Shown: positions 1 to 11,182 of the stretch, one piece after another
Layout of the letters: every line of letters starts with the position of its first letter
How positions within the stretch are numbered: position 1 is the stretch's first letter
DNA from: Perna viridis
Taxonomy: Eukaryota
Length of the DNA: 64,000 nt
Direction of reading: 5' to 3'
Assembly (NCBI GenBank): GCA_037379345.1
Contig: CM074512.1
Location: 44,516,001-44,580,000, forward strand
The notes under the pieces: generated by a model
Database searches by the model: none
What the model was told of the DNA's origin: nothing
Seen by the model: only the letters and a program-made list of their open reading frames with translations
Program-made: the position numbers and the translations under genes

Positions 1-1499
1 ACAGATGCAGGGATCTTCATGGATCAAAATGAACACATGGCTCAATCTCCGGTTGGACAAATCGTCTGTGTAGCGCATGTCCTTTCACGCAAAAATAAAT
101 TGCCAAAGAAAGTATCATAAATAAAGATGAAGGAGACATATTGAATAGCACAAGCTTCAACATAGAAATTAATTATCAACAATGGTAAATCTTTCTGTCT
201 GTACTGTCTAACTCAATTAAACCAAGGTAAAGCTTTCTCTTCCCTAGGATTGACCATAGGTCCACAGCTCTAGAGAAAATAAAATCACTGGTAGGTGTGG
301 TTATTTTGTTGATACATGTACCATTAAAAAAGTTCTTTATAATTTAACCACAAGAACATAGACATCAGATGACCTTTTCGTCCAAATCTGTGTCATTAAA
401 CAATATTTTGGGAGCTTTGAGAGCTTTTGGGAGTCAATCCATCACCCTTTCGAAAACGTTCAGCAAATTAGATTGCTTTTCTGTGTCAGATAAATGCTGA
501 AATCACTAAGACATTGTTGTATAAATTTAAGATCGTCTTCCCCCTCTCCAATCTTTTTCAAATTTAATTCAAATCTTGATACTCTCTATATTTTATTAAA
601 TGAAACGTTATCAAATTTTTTTCATTAAAACAAAAAACAGTAAAAATCATTAAGCTTTTTTTAATCTGATTGATTTTGCCGACGGTGATAATCGTGAATT
701 TGACCAAACCGATTTGTTTACACGCGTGTTTCACTCCCTGACACATCAACCCAGCAGAAATTACCAATCAAAACACTGTATTACTGTTATTACTGTTAGA
801 ATAAACACATGCACCAACCATATGATTTACGGCAGGTATAGGTGATTTAATAAGCAGGAGTAATTGGGAAATACATTGCAGATTTGTAATGTGTAAGGCA
901 AGGAAAGTACATGTAACACATGGTGCAGTGCCATGAAAAAAGAGGTAATGAAGAAAACTGAAGGTGATATTTGTCATGAAACTGAACAGTTAAACATTAA
1001 TCATTATTCTACTTAAGTTATAACTAAATAACATGCTAAAAGTGCAAAAAAATCATTAAAAAATGCAATAAACAGATTTTTCCCAAGTTTGCACCAATCA
1101 TAAATTTTTATGAGTCATACTTTTACATATATGTTTTTTGATTTACATACACTCCTTGAAATGTTCATGTTTCCCATTTTAACGTTCGTGCATCATTTAT
1201 TGTGCGTTTACACATCATTTTGCATTCGTTTAAATGAACAATAACGCACGATAAAAGCATTCGTTTATTTTTGTATTTTGATTCTTTCTTTGATTCATCT
1301 ATTCTTTTTATATTTTTTGCTATCATTAATTTATAAATTTTCATTTGTTCTATTTTCTGATTTTCCTTCCATCATTTTTGCTTACATTATTATTTTTCAT
1401 CAAAAACTCTCAGAATGGTGAATATATTTTTTTCTGAAATCTGCATCAAAAATTGATATTGGAATACTGAACATTTAATCAATTTATATTAATCATTAA

Positions 1500-1792
1500 T
1501 CTGCTTTCATCTCTAAATAATAGGCAAAAACGTCAAAAATGACACATTCAAGGGCCAAACAAAAATATATATGGTGCAACCCCTGTTCTATTTTCAGTAA
1601 TAGCGAACATGGTTTCAGGTGAGGAACCATGGTGGATATAATTTTGGGAGTAGACATGCCAAGGATGATGGTCACCAAGTTTGATCAAATTCTGTTCAGT
1701 TGTTTCAGAGGAGAAGACATATAAAGAAAAGTTAACGACTGACGATGATGATGATATACGCGAAGTGATGAGAAAAGCTCACATGGCCTTTC
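1500..1792. mobile_element. Truncated HINE-like fragment
   Basis: Similar to 50220-50420 (ACCCCTGTTCTATTTT...AAAAGTTAAC GAC...GTGATG..AAAAGCTCACATGGCC). Confidence 0.55.
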
Positions 1793-4231
1793 TAAGATTG
1801 TTTTTAGATTCTGAAAGCCTAGAAATGCTCTTACTATCTACAAAAGGAAAATTAGTGTCAATTATGATCTTCTTGGAAGGCCAACAACGTTTCAGACGAT
1901 ACCAGTTTTCTTTTTTTTAGTAGGGCTATATAATTACGAAACAAATCCGGATTTCTCAATTTGGAATAACATCTATATGGTTTTATACACACTCCAAATT
2001 TTTATGGTCCGAAATGTCTTGAGGTTGAATTTCTGGCATAGGTAAAACAAATGGTACCAAAAAATGTGGAACGACATTAAAAATTTCTTTTATTCCATTT
2101 AGTCACAATTGATTTCAATTTTATTTTGTTTTGATTAATTAAGAATCAAATTGTTTCATTTTGACTCACTTTTATTGATTATATTTGTTTCGTTTTGTTT
2201 CAATATTGTTTTGCAATTTTTAAGTACCCAAGAATTATGGCTAACACTGACTACATCATTTTTGTAAACAATTGGGCACCACCCTGCAGACTGAACAACC
2301 CTATCTTGGAAAAAGCTATGATTCGTATTTAAATTAATCACAGTCCTTTCATTAAGAGCCGGTACCCAGTACTTTTACCCGGCTATGGTAGCGTCTGGTA
2401 CCAGCAGAATAAAATAAAAGCCAAAAAAAGAAAATCATGAGGAAAAATCTAGTAAATAGATATCTAAGATCATTCCGTCTGTAGATTACAAGTATGTCTC
2501 CAAAATCGCGATCTTTAATATTCATTATTGTTTACATAATTGGTGTCTTCGTCAAGGTCCGTGTCGCAATCTTATCGGTGTAGTGTCAATTTATAGAAAA
2601 CATGTGGTGACTTAGCAATCACCGATTATTTTGTGCAGAACAAAAAGCTAAACACAGGTGAAGATTCTATGAAAATGTGTAAAAAAAAATGCTGTTCATA
2701 TATGGAATTGCCCCATACCCGTCATTTTCCCGATATTTGTTGTGATTTATGCAGACGAGTGCAGGAATTTTTAGTGTTGACAGCGAGTCAACACGTGAAA
2801 CAAACTTTTACATAATATGATTTAAGGGATGACCATTCGATTCGTCAAGGATGGGGAGTTTTGGTAAAAATGTTCTGGCAACCCTGAGTTTGAAAAGAAC
2901 TTGTCTGAACTTTGCACACGAGAATATAAAAGATATTGGATCCGAGATTCAACACTGCTATAGATAATAATAGAAAATAAATACATTGTAATGTTTTGTT
3001 CCTATGCTTTCATTTGCATGTGCTAGTGTTTTCAAATTTTGTAACAAGTAAGTAAAAGCCTAAGAACAAAATATGACATTTATCAAAATTTCATATAAAA
3101 TGGCATAGTATTAAACAGTCAACAAATTTTATCAAAATTAGTCTAGAAATGGATCTGGTGGGAATCATGGGGAGCTCCTGGTTTTCAGGGTTTTGAGACT
3201 AAATCAGTTATGATTCATCATATAAAACTTAAAGTAAAAACCAAATATTGATGCTTTTTCTGGGTAGGGTCTAAAATGTGTAACCCTACCCTACATGTGT
3301 AAGTATTAGAAAATTATACAGTGCTTGCCTTTAGCCACTAGCCCAAAGCCTGGGGCTAATAAAAATCAACTTGGGCAAGTGAAATGATAATGTACATTTC
3401 TTGTTTCTGGCTAGTTAAATCCTATACAGTCCTCTATTATTCGGGCTAGTTGTTGAGAATTTTGAAGGAATGGACTGAGTATAACCATTTCCTTGACTAG
3501 AAATGAATTGAAACAGGCTTTTGCACACCTCATGCAATTTTCAGTTATTAACATACCCTAATAGCGAGCAATGCGAAGCGGTGTGAGCTCTACGGTTATT
3601 ACATGTACTATATAAATTTCCCTTTAGGTTCCCCAATATACTAATGAAAAAAAGTCATGTCACAGACTCTTTTCGACTCTTTCTCTATTCTTCTTTTTTA
3701 ATTATTCAAAGAAGTGAATATGATGTCCCACTGTCACTATTGTCAAGAACCTACCCTGCCTTGGAAAAAAAATAACTCTGATCATATTATAAATATCAAA
3801 GCATAGCTTTTCTAAGATAGGAAAGACAATCATTTTCTTGTTTGCAATTTGCAGCTGTTGACTGAATTGTGTTTACCTCACATTATATGTGTAAAATGTT
3901 CCCACCATCCGTGGAGAACTGTAATATTTCAGGTATCTGTACAGACCTGAGCGGCCAAAACTGAAATAGATGTTGCTAGAAATGCCCTTAAGGGATAAAA
4001 ATGTGAAGTATTGTGAAGTGCTATAAAGTTATCGACCATTTTAAGAGCGAGGGGAAAGGGGGTATGGGATTGGAATTTTGGAGAGAAAAAAATTTCAAGT
4101 TATTCATTTATTGAAAAAAAAATCTCCCATTAATTAACAAGACCGATTTTCAAATAAAAATATTGATTTTGCTTGCTACTGAAATATAAATAAAAATATT
4201 GCTCTTGTGCAAAGAGCAAAAATTTTCATCT

Positions 4232-4746
4232 GGGTCGACCCCATCCTCCCTTGGTTACTCTTTCCTAAATCAGGGTTTTGAGTCCACCCTCGCTCCCTCA
4301 AACCCCTGACATCACTCATTCATATTTAGCGGGTATCATCCAGCCAAATCTGATTGGTTGCTTCTCCGGGTGCGAAGCATCAATGAAAATTGATTTAACA
4401 TAAAATGTCTGTGGAAAGGTAAACAATAATAATATGAGGTAATGGACGATCCGATATAGTAACTGACAGTTGTATGATGTCACAAATAATGCAATATGAG
4501 CAAAAATGATAACTGTAGATTCTGTTTAGAGTCTTTACTGAAAAAAAATGACATTATGTGTAGCCATTTTGTAGGTTATATTGAAGAGTTTCTATTACGA
4601 GTGACTTAATTGGATTTTGGATCCGGGTTAAATTTGAGTAACTCACTAGATGGCCCTGAATGATACCCGCTAAATATGAATGATATCAGGGGTTTGAGGG
4701 TGCAAGGGTGGACTCAAAACCCTGACTTGGGAGGATGGGTCGACCC
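4232..4746. mobile_element. MITE with long terminal inverted repeats
   Basis: CAGGGTTTTGAGTCCACCCT..CAAACCCCTGA..ATTCATATTTAGCGGGTATCAT (4270-4339) is inverted at 4660-4724. Both ends read GGGTCGACCC. Confidence 0.75.
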
Positions 4747-6592
4747 CCCTCTTGAAATGTCCTTTGTTTTGTTTTTAAGAGTCTTGCACATACAGTATAT
4801 ATATGGTAATGCTCACTGTGCTCGCTGATTTCTGCAATGCCTTTTCCATATTAATGAATATTTTAACAAAATATTACTTGGGTACAGCCACAGGTAAGTT
4901 GATACGAATTATAGGTTACATATTGCAGATCCTTACCATTTTTTAAGGCTTTTTCTTGCCATACGTATAAAAAGACCAACTGATAATACAACCATTTATC
5001 CTACCTACGGGAGCGTATGAATACTAGAAACAAGTGCTTGTTAGGGTTACGTGATCGAACTTGTTCGTTACCGTTAAGTTTTACTTATAGTCTTAGGTTC
5101 GTGCATGTTATGAACTGTGGTAATCAGATTAATAGAAACGGAATGTTACGAGAATAATACGCATATTGGTAAGGTTTTATCAGGTAAACGTTCAACAAAA
5201 TATTTACCAAGAGACATATCAACTTTCTGGTCCGCAGTTGCCATTTTTACCGTATTTACACGTTTGCTGATGAAGCTGTGTTGATTTCAATATGGCGCGT
5301 TCAATCAACTAAAAACCAAAAACAGCTATGTAGTGTAAGACGATAACGGACTGTGACATAACAGCTGTTGCTGCAAGTTTTATGGTGGTAATGATTTGCC
5401 AAAGGCTACATCTGTATAATGTAAACTACTAGGATCAATTTTAAAGGAAGATAGGACTATAGAACGATCTTTTATACCTATTGATCTATAGTCCAAAACA
5501 TAAGCTCGGGCAAAAACACAGACACTCTTGGCAAAAAATGAATGGAAAACTAGTAAACACCATAATACATTTTTTTACAAACAAATACGCAGATGATTTT
5601 TGATTACCATTTAAGTTATTATTCTATTGTGTCATTGTTTCCGTATTAGTTAACTGCATGTTGACTGTTTATTTTACTTTTGTCTATTTTTTGTTTTTAT
5701 CTTTGCTAAACTCTTCGTTGCTATACTGATTAATAATAAAACCAGAGGCCTATAATTAATAACAGGTCTATGGTAAAAGCAAGATCATAGATAGAACGAG
5801 GGACAGAAAATGCATATTTTTTTAACTAAGACTAGATATATAAAAATAAACAGACAAAACACCAAACAAATAGCCAGATTAACGTACAGAATAAACAAAT
5901 AACATCTAATGATTAAATGAGTTACCCGGACTCCACTAAAAAACAGTTAGTATGGAACAGGTGCTCCGGTATGGCAAATGTTCTCTGCTTTTCTAGTAAC
6001 ACTTCCGCTGAACTGTTCATTTGATGTCAAATCAGGGCGTATTAAGAAGGTAATGTGGAGTCATTTTTCACAAAACAGGAAGACTTTGTCTTTGACACAA
6101 TGGTTTTCTAATCAAATGCAATGTATTTTAGTGTATCTTCGTGTCTGAGTGTTCCATCTGTGATTCTGCGTATAAAATTATATCAAAGAGTAATCAAGGG
6201 AACCAAGGTTATAGCGGATTGCGGACATCGAATACGCATTTTCAGAGAGACGCGTCCAATTACACCCACCTAACATATAAAGCTGATTTTCATCAATTAA
6301 GATCGAAGATCAGAATTGATATAGCTGTCGTCAGAGCCTATAGATTTGTAAACCCTGTAAGCATCTGCGATTATCTCTTATACCACCACCAAAAAAAAGT
6401 TCCATTTGCATACCCCGTGAACTTAATAATGTTCAAATGAAGAAAGTAAGGTCCCCGACCCTTTGTATGTATTTTTAATATATCCTATGTTATTTACATC
6501 AATAAATAAACCCATTAAACAACCTTTTCAGCGAACTTATATATGGTGATAAAATTGGTTTGAATTAACGACAATCTAATTAACCCGAATAT

Positions 6593-6943
6593 TCCAGTCG
6601 ATATAGATTCGTTCTCTACGATCACTCCTCGATAGTAGAAGAGAAACAGATACGATGATGATGGGGGTTTTTACGGTCTTGACTATCCTTACGGATCTCG
6701 CACGATCGCCCCTTACGGGGATTCTGTTAGTAAATGTCTGTTAGTAGTTGGAGGTAGCGGAGTCCAGCCTTCGGGATACCCGGCCGAAGAACTCAGTCAG
6801 AGTATGTCCTACTAGCGGCTGGACTGCTCTGTTGACGCTCTGGCCTACTCCCAGACCCCACGTGGGTCCGAGAGCGTTTCCCCCACTCTGTTTGGGAGTA
6901 CGTCAACGTGAAGAGTGTTAAACAGATACGGAGAGGGACTGGA
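6593..6943 (-). ncRNA. Putative highly structured RNA element of unknown class (ribozyme-like or viral UTR-like)
   Basis: GC-rich island closed by TCCAGTC/GACTGGA. Minus-strand stems: UCUGUU/AACAGA, CACUCU/AGAGUG, ACGCUCU/AGAGCGU, CGGACCC/GGGUCUG, AGUCCAGCC/GGCUGGACU, loop-loop UACUCC/GGAGUA, and two GUAA-tetraloop hairpins (CCCC-GUAA-GGGG, AUCC-GUAA-GGAU). Confidence 0.5.
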
Positions 6944-6946
6944 TTA

Positions 6947-7207
6947 TTATATAGGTAACAATCCAATTAAAAATGGTTGATATCTAATCTCATATATCAG
7001 TGTATATACCAGAATAAACCAGTCGTTCATTGGCGATATAATCAAGTTGCCTACATTGGCTTTATTCTTAGACGAACAGTAAACCAACTGATGATAAGCT
7101 AGAAAGGAAAACCCACTAGGTAATAAATAGTCATCAATCCTAGACAGGAAATTAAAGAGAAATTCTGGGTACCGATTGGAAGATCTGTCTTCAGATATTT
7201 CACGCAG
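6947..7207 (-). other. Orphan ORF fragment (~87 codons) whose stop sits immediately 5' of the structured element
   Basis: Part of ORF 6947-7234 (REISEDRSSNRYPEFLFNFLSRIDDYLLPSGFSFLAYHQLVYCSS...FLIGLLPI*). No family recognised. Confidence 0.3.
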
Positions 7208-8253
7208 GCCCGGGCGGATCCAAAATAGGCGCATTTTTCCGAACTTATATAAGAAAGGGGTACAAGGCTATCATTTCCCTTTCATTTTTGTTTTTGTTTT
7301 GTTTTGTTTTTTCTTGCAAAAGTTTAAACAAAGGGATAAACCGACCCCCGAAACCATCTTGATGTGTCACCCAGTGTATCGTGCATTTATAAAATATGGA
7401 GTCGTTCATTGCATTAGACCGACATGCTGGTCAAGTCTTTGGCGTTCATATTCTTGTACGTGTCTCTAGAACTAGGTGCCCAGAAACTAAGCGCTTTTTA
7501 ATGACACATAGGTGTCTATGTGACAATTTGTAGCACTTGAGATATGTAGCTAATCAAATGAGAAATAGTTGTAGCTAGTTGAGAGGTACATGCATCTAAG
7601 AACAGGATTTATTTTAACGATTGTGGCTCAAGTTTCAATGATTTTACAGATAGTTTCGAACTGGCGGCCGATAAATTGAATTTCGACTTGAAAATTAAGA
7701 AACCGGGAAGGACTAAAAAACTGCATACCTGTAGTTCAATACTATGCAGTATGTCGGAGAGTTTTGTATTCATTCAACTAGGCGTTGTCCCTGTAAACCG
7801 ACATAGAACCTGAATATTATGTAAACTGGCGCACTGCTACATGCCACGTGCATTTTGGTAAATTAGGTATTTGTAATTAGGGTAAATTTAAATAAAGGGT
7901 TTAATATTAATCATTTACAGCAATAAGCTTGTGTCTATGCAAGTTTCAAGTCGATCCCCGATCTGTACTTTTAGCTTATCCCTAATTCCCTAATTTTGCA
8001 ATTTGACGATTATTTTAGGCGTAAAAATTCAAACGATATCAATATAAATGGATTCAGTACACGAGTACTTTGATTTTTGTATGTAATTTTTTTTTTTTTT
8101 TTTTGTCAATCGTAAAAAAGAATCAAATGATAACATTTTCGTACATTCACTGCTGTCAAATAAGCTTTCTTTTTACCACGCTGGGCTGTTAGCAACAAAG
8201 ACAGAAATGGCTGGTCAAAGGTACTTGGGGTTGGGATTTATTTATTTATTAAG

Positions 8254-8366
8254 AGTGCACCTATACTATCCGTATGAAGTTTTCTAATATATTGGGATCG
8301 ACTGGTCCTATATACCAGTCGACCCCCATATATCAGAAAACTTCATATGGATAGTATAAGTGTACT
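8254..8366. mobile_element. Palindromic hairpin MITE (~53-bp stem)
   Basis: AGTGCACCTATACTATCCGTATGAAGTTTTCT...CGACTGGT-cctatat-ACCAGTCG...AGAAAACTTCATATGGATAGTATAAGTGTACT. Confidence 0.75.
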
Positions 8367-8389
8367 ATTTGCTGTCATAACACATACCG

Positions 8390-9150
8390 TACTCCAGCAG
8401 TGCTATAGGTTGTCTGGCTAGCAATTTCCTGACTTGGTGCCATCCATGGAGGAACGGAATTCCAACCTCTTACGTTGTAGGAGTAGAGAACGGTGGTCAC
8501 CAACTGTCTGTTGAATCAGGAAGATGGTGGAGTATGTTAAGAAATGGTAGAAAATGCAATCTCTGTAATTCTGATGACATTGGTGATGAATATATCAATA
8601 TATTTTTTACATGTGAAGCTTTACTAAATGAGGAAAAGAAATATTTATATGTATTTCAGTATAATAGACCTAGCACATACATATTTGAAATGTTATTTGA
8701 ATCTACAAACTTAGTAGTTTTAGAAGAGTAATCAAGAAAACATGATTCTAGCGGAAATCAAAAGAATGTAATCCAGGGACAAGTGAGGTAAATTTATCAA
8801 AATAATCAATGTGAAAGTCAGTCCTCCAAGTTAAAACTTACCTATCTATATTCTTTTTTCTATACATGCGTATGTGTAAGACATGATACTATACGGATGA
8901 AATTTTATCCTGTTGAAATTATTTCACATTAATTTTTTATCTCACTGAAAAAAATTCTACTCCTATTAAATCGTTTCCATTACTTGAACAAGGATATTTA
9001 CTATAATTTACTATGAAAAAACAGAGAACAAATTGGTTCTCGTGTACTCCTACAACGGAAGAGGTTGGAATTCCGTTCCCCCTTACCTCAACGTTAGGAT
9101 GGCACGGTCAGAAAATAGCTTGCCAGACAACCTCTAGCATTGGTGGAGTA
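8390..9150. repeat. ~100-115-bp imperfect inverted repeats (8390-8491 and 9036-9150) enclosing the LINE remnant
   Basis: For example GGAACGGAATTCCAACCTCTTACGTTGTAGGAGTA versus TACTCCTACAACGGAAGAGGTTGGAATTCCGTTCC. Confidence 0.8.
8498..8834 (+). mobile_element. Decayed 3' end of a non-LTR retrotransposon ORF2 (zinc-knuckle region, RTE-X/CR1-like)
   Basis: HQLSVESGRW...RKCNLCNSDDIGDEY..FFTC...KKYL....RPST..F..LF..GKFIKII resembles the post-RT CCHC region of invertebrate LINEs. It is interrupted by a retroposon tail at 8724-8782. Confidence 0.75.
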
Positions 9151-9655
9151 GTTCTAGTGGTGCAGATGGATACAGAATGGAGGATGATAATAATTATTGT
9201 TGGACACTTAAGATAATTGTGATAAGTGTTGAATATACCGCTTTTAAATGGAAAAGACCATATGACAACCCCAAAAGCCTGGTCTATGAAGCTGGATGGT
9301 GGCATTCTCTGTGTGTGATCACAGTACCTGCTAGACCCCAGCTTGGACAATATGATAGTAACATTTGTAATAAAATGTCTTTGGCCTTAGCTTATAAAAA
9401 CCAAATGGTATTTTTATTACATTTAGCATTTGTCAACATTGTTTTAGTATTAATATTGTATTCATTCTGTTGATACTCGTGGATAAAATATTTGCACCAC
9501 TTGCCCAAGGCATTATTGTAAATGTTATTGTGTGCTCATATATAATATACTGCATATTTTTTAAATGTAGAAGTATGGTTTAGGGGTAGTATGGTTATTA
9601 GTTATCAAGCCACAACTGTAATCTTTTTTTTTATGTTGCCAAGATGTCACCCACC

Positions 9656-9872
9656 AGGGGCAGATTCAGGCGGGTGTGTGCCCCCTAAAATTTGCAAAGC
9701 ATGGGTTGGCAGGGGTAGATTTAGGCAGTTTTAGGTTGAAAGTTTTAATTTCTCCCTGACTTTACCACAAAAGATATCTACATTGCACCCACTCTAGAAG
9801 AATATTTCAAAAATTTAACCTACAAAATTTTGACTGAGCACCCCGTAATCTAAAATCCTGGATCTGCCGATG
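9656..9872. mobile_element. Small MITE with CAGGGGCAGATTCAGG / CCTGGATCTGCCGATG ends
   Basis: Imperfect terminal inverted repeats; no clean TSD seen. Confidence 0.45.
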
Positions 9873-10400
9873 CCCACTAGCTCCAGTAAGTTTGTTTTTC
9901 TGTCTTAAATCATGATATCTCTAAAAATAAATTTGCTGGATAATAAAGACAAGATCAGTACACTGATTTTCGAACTGGCTTGAACCAGCAGGAATGATCA
10001 GAAGCTTTGGTAATTTACACTTTTCTCAACCAAAGTTAAGATAGTAGAACAGAATCTTATATTTTGTTTCCTACTTATGTCGCAGAGTTAGGAGTTATAA
10101 ACTAGGGAAGTTAAGAACTGGGTTGGTATTGAATTACAGGTTTTTTTTTATTTGTTTTTACAGCTATAGTAGTCATACTGTTTTGATAGCATATAATGGG
10201 GGTATAATACTGAAACTATGTGCACCAAAGATAATTAAGAATGATATTCTGTTGACCATTAGAACTTTAAGCATAACTTTACAATATAATAAATGGCAGA
10301 AGTATATCCTGACAATGCTGTAGATTAACATATTAATAGAAAAATTACTTCTTACTATATTTTTATAACCGTTATTAGGACAATACATATGAAGGTAAAC

Positions 10401-10508
10401 ACCAACAATCACATTTGATCACAGCCCACCAACAATCACATTCTGATCACAGCCCGCCAGCAATCACATTCTGATTACAGCCACCAACAGTCACATCCAG
10501 ATCACAGA
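10401..10508. repeat. ~27-bp degenerate tandem repeat (4 copies)
   Basis: Repeated ACCAACAATCACATT(C)TGATCACAGCCC. Confidence 0.75.
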
Positions 10509-11182
10509 CATAAAACAAAAACTAACTTCAAAATGAAGCAAGACTGATCTTACTGTAACATAATTATAATCTGACAATTACTGACAGTTTAAAATTGGAA
10601 AGTTCCACCATAAAAAAAGAATGATAAACTTTTCTACATTTTTGTACTTAATTTACTCTTTACTCAAAATTCTTTACAGGGAGTGATCTTCTTGGAATAG
10701 AGTTAATCTTTATTTATTTCAACAACAATCACCTGACGATCTTCCTTAGGTAGATAACTGCTTAATGACAAAAAGATTTAAACTATCCATCAAATTTAAT
10801 TTAAAATGCTTATGAATTGAAAAGTTTAAATCTCCTTGATAACTGGAGCAGATATATATTCAATATATATCCTATTATTTAATAGATAATAGTTTTCCTT
10901 GATAATTGTTAACCACCTAGGACATTTCATCAATGGAAGAGCATATATATTTCCCTCAATCTAAATATTCTTCTTACTGTAACACTCTTTATATGACAAC
11001 TTTTTTAAAATACAAATATTGTTTAAATTAAAACCCCTGATCTGGAAGTGTAACTGTTACAGTATATGGAGACCAAACAGAAGAAACATGTGAACAACAC
11101 AAAACTTGCATCTATTTTTTTTCTCTGCACACATAAATAACATGTATACATTATACTAAAAATTTAAAATAGTTTATTTTTG

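Noticed and set aside
1-980. Possible decayed coding sequence or exons on the minus strand
   Set aside because: Many stops in all frames and no recognisable family or consistent exon chain.
6660-6830. Group I intron core (GACUG/UAGUC as P7)
   Set aside because: No P4-P6 domain or P/Q elements between the putative P3 and P7.
7088-7105. Canonical hammerhead core CTGATGA-N7-GAAA on +
   Set aside because: Stem II is a single U-A pair and the cleavage-site geometry is wrong (three unpaired nt). Such motifs are expected by chance in 64 kb of AT-rich DNA.
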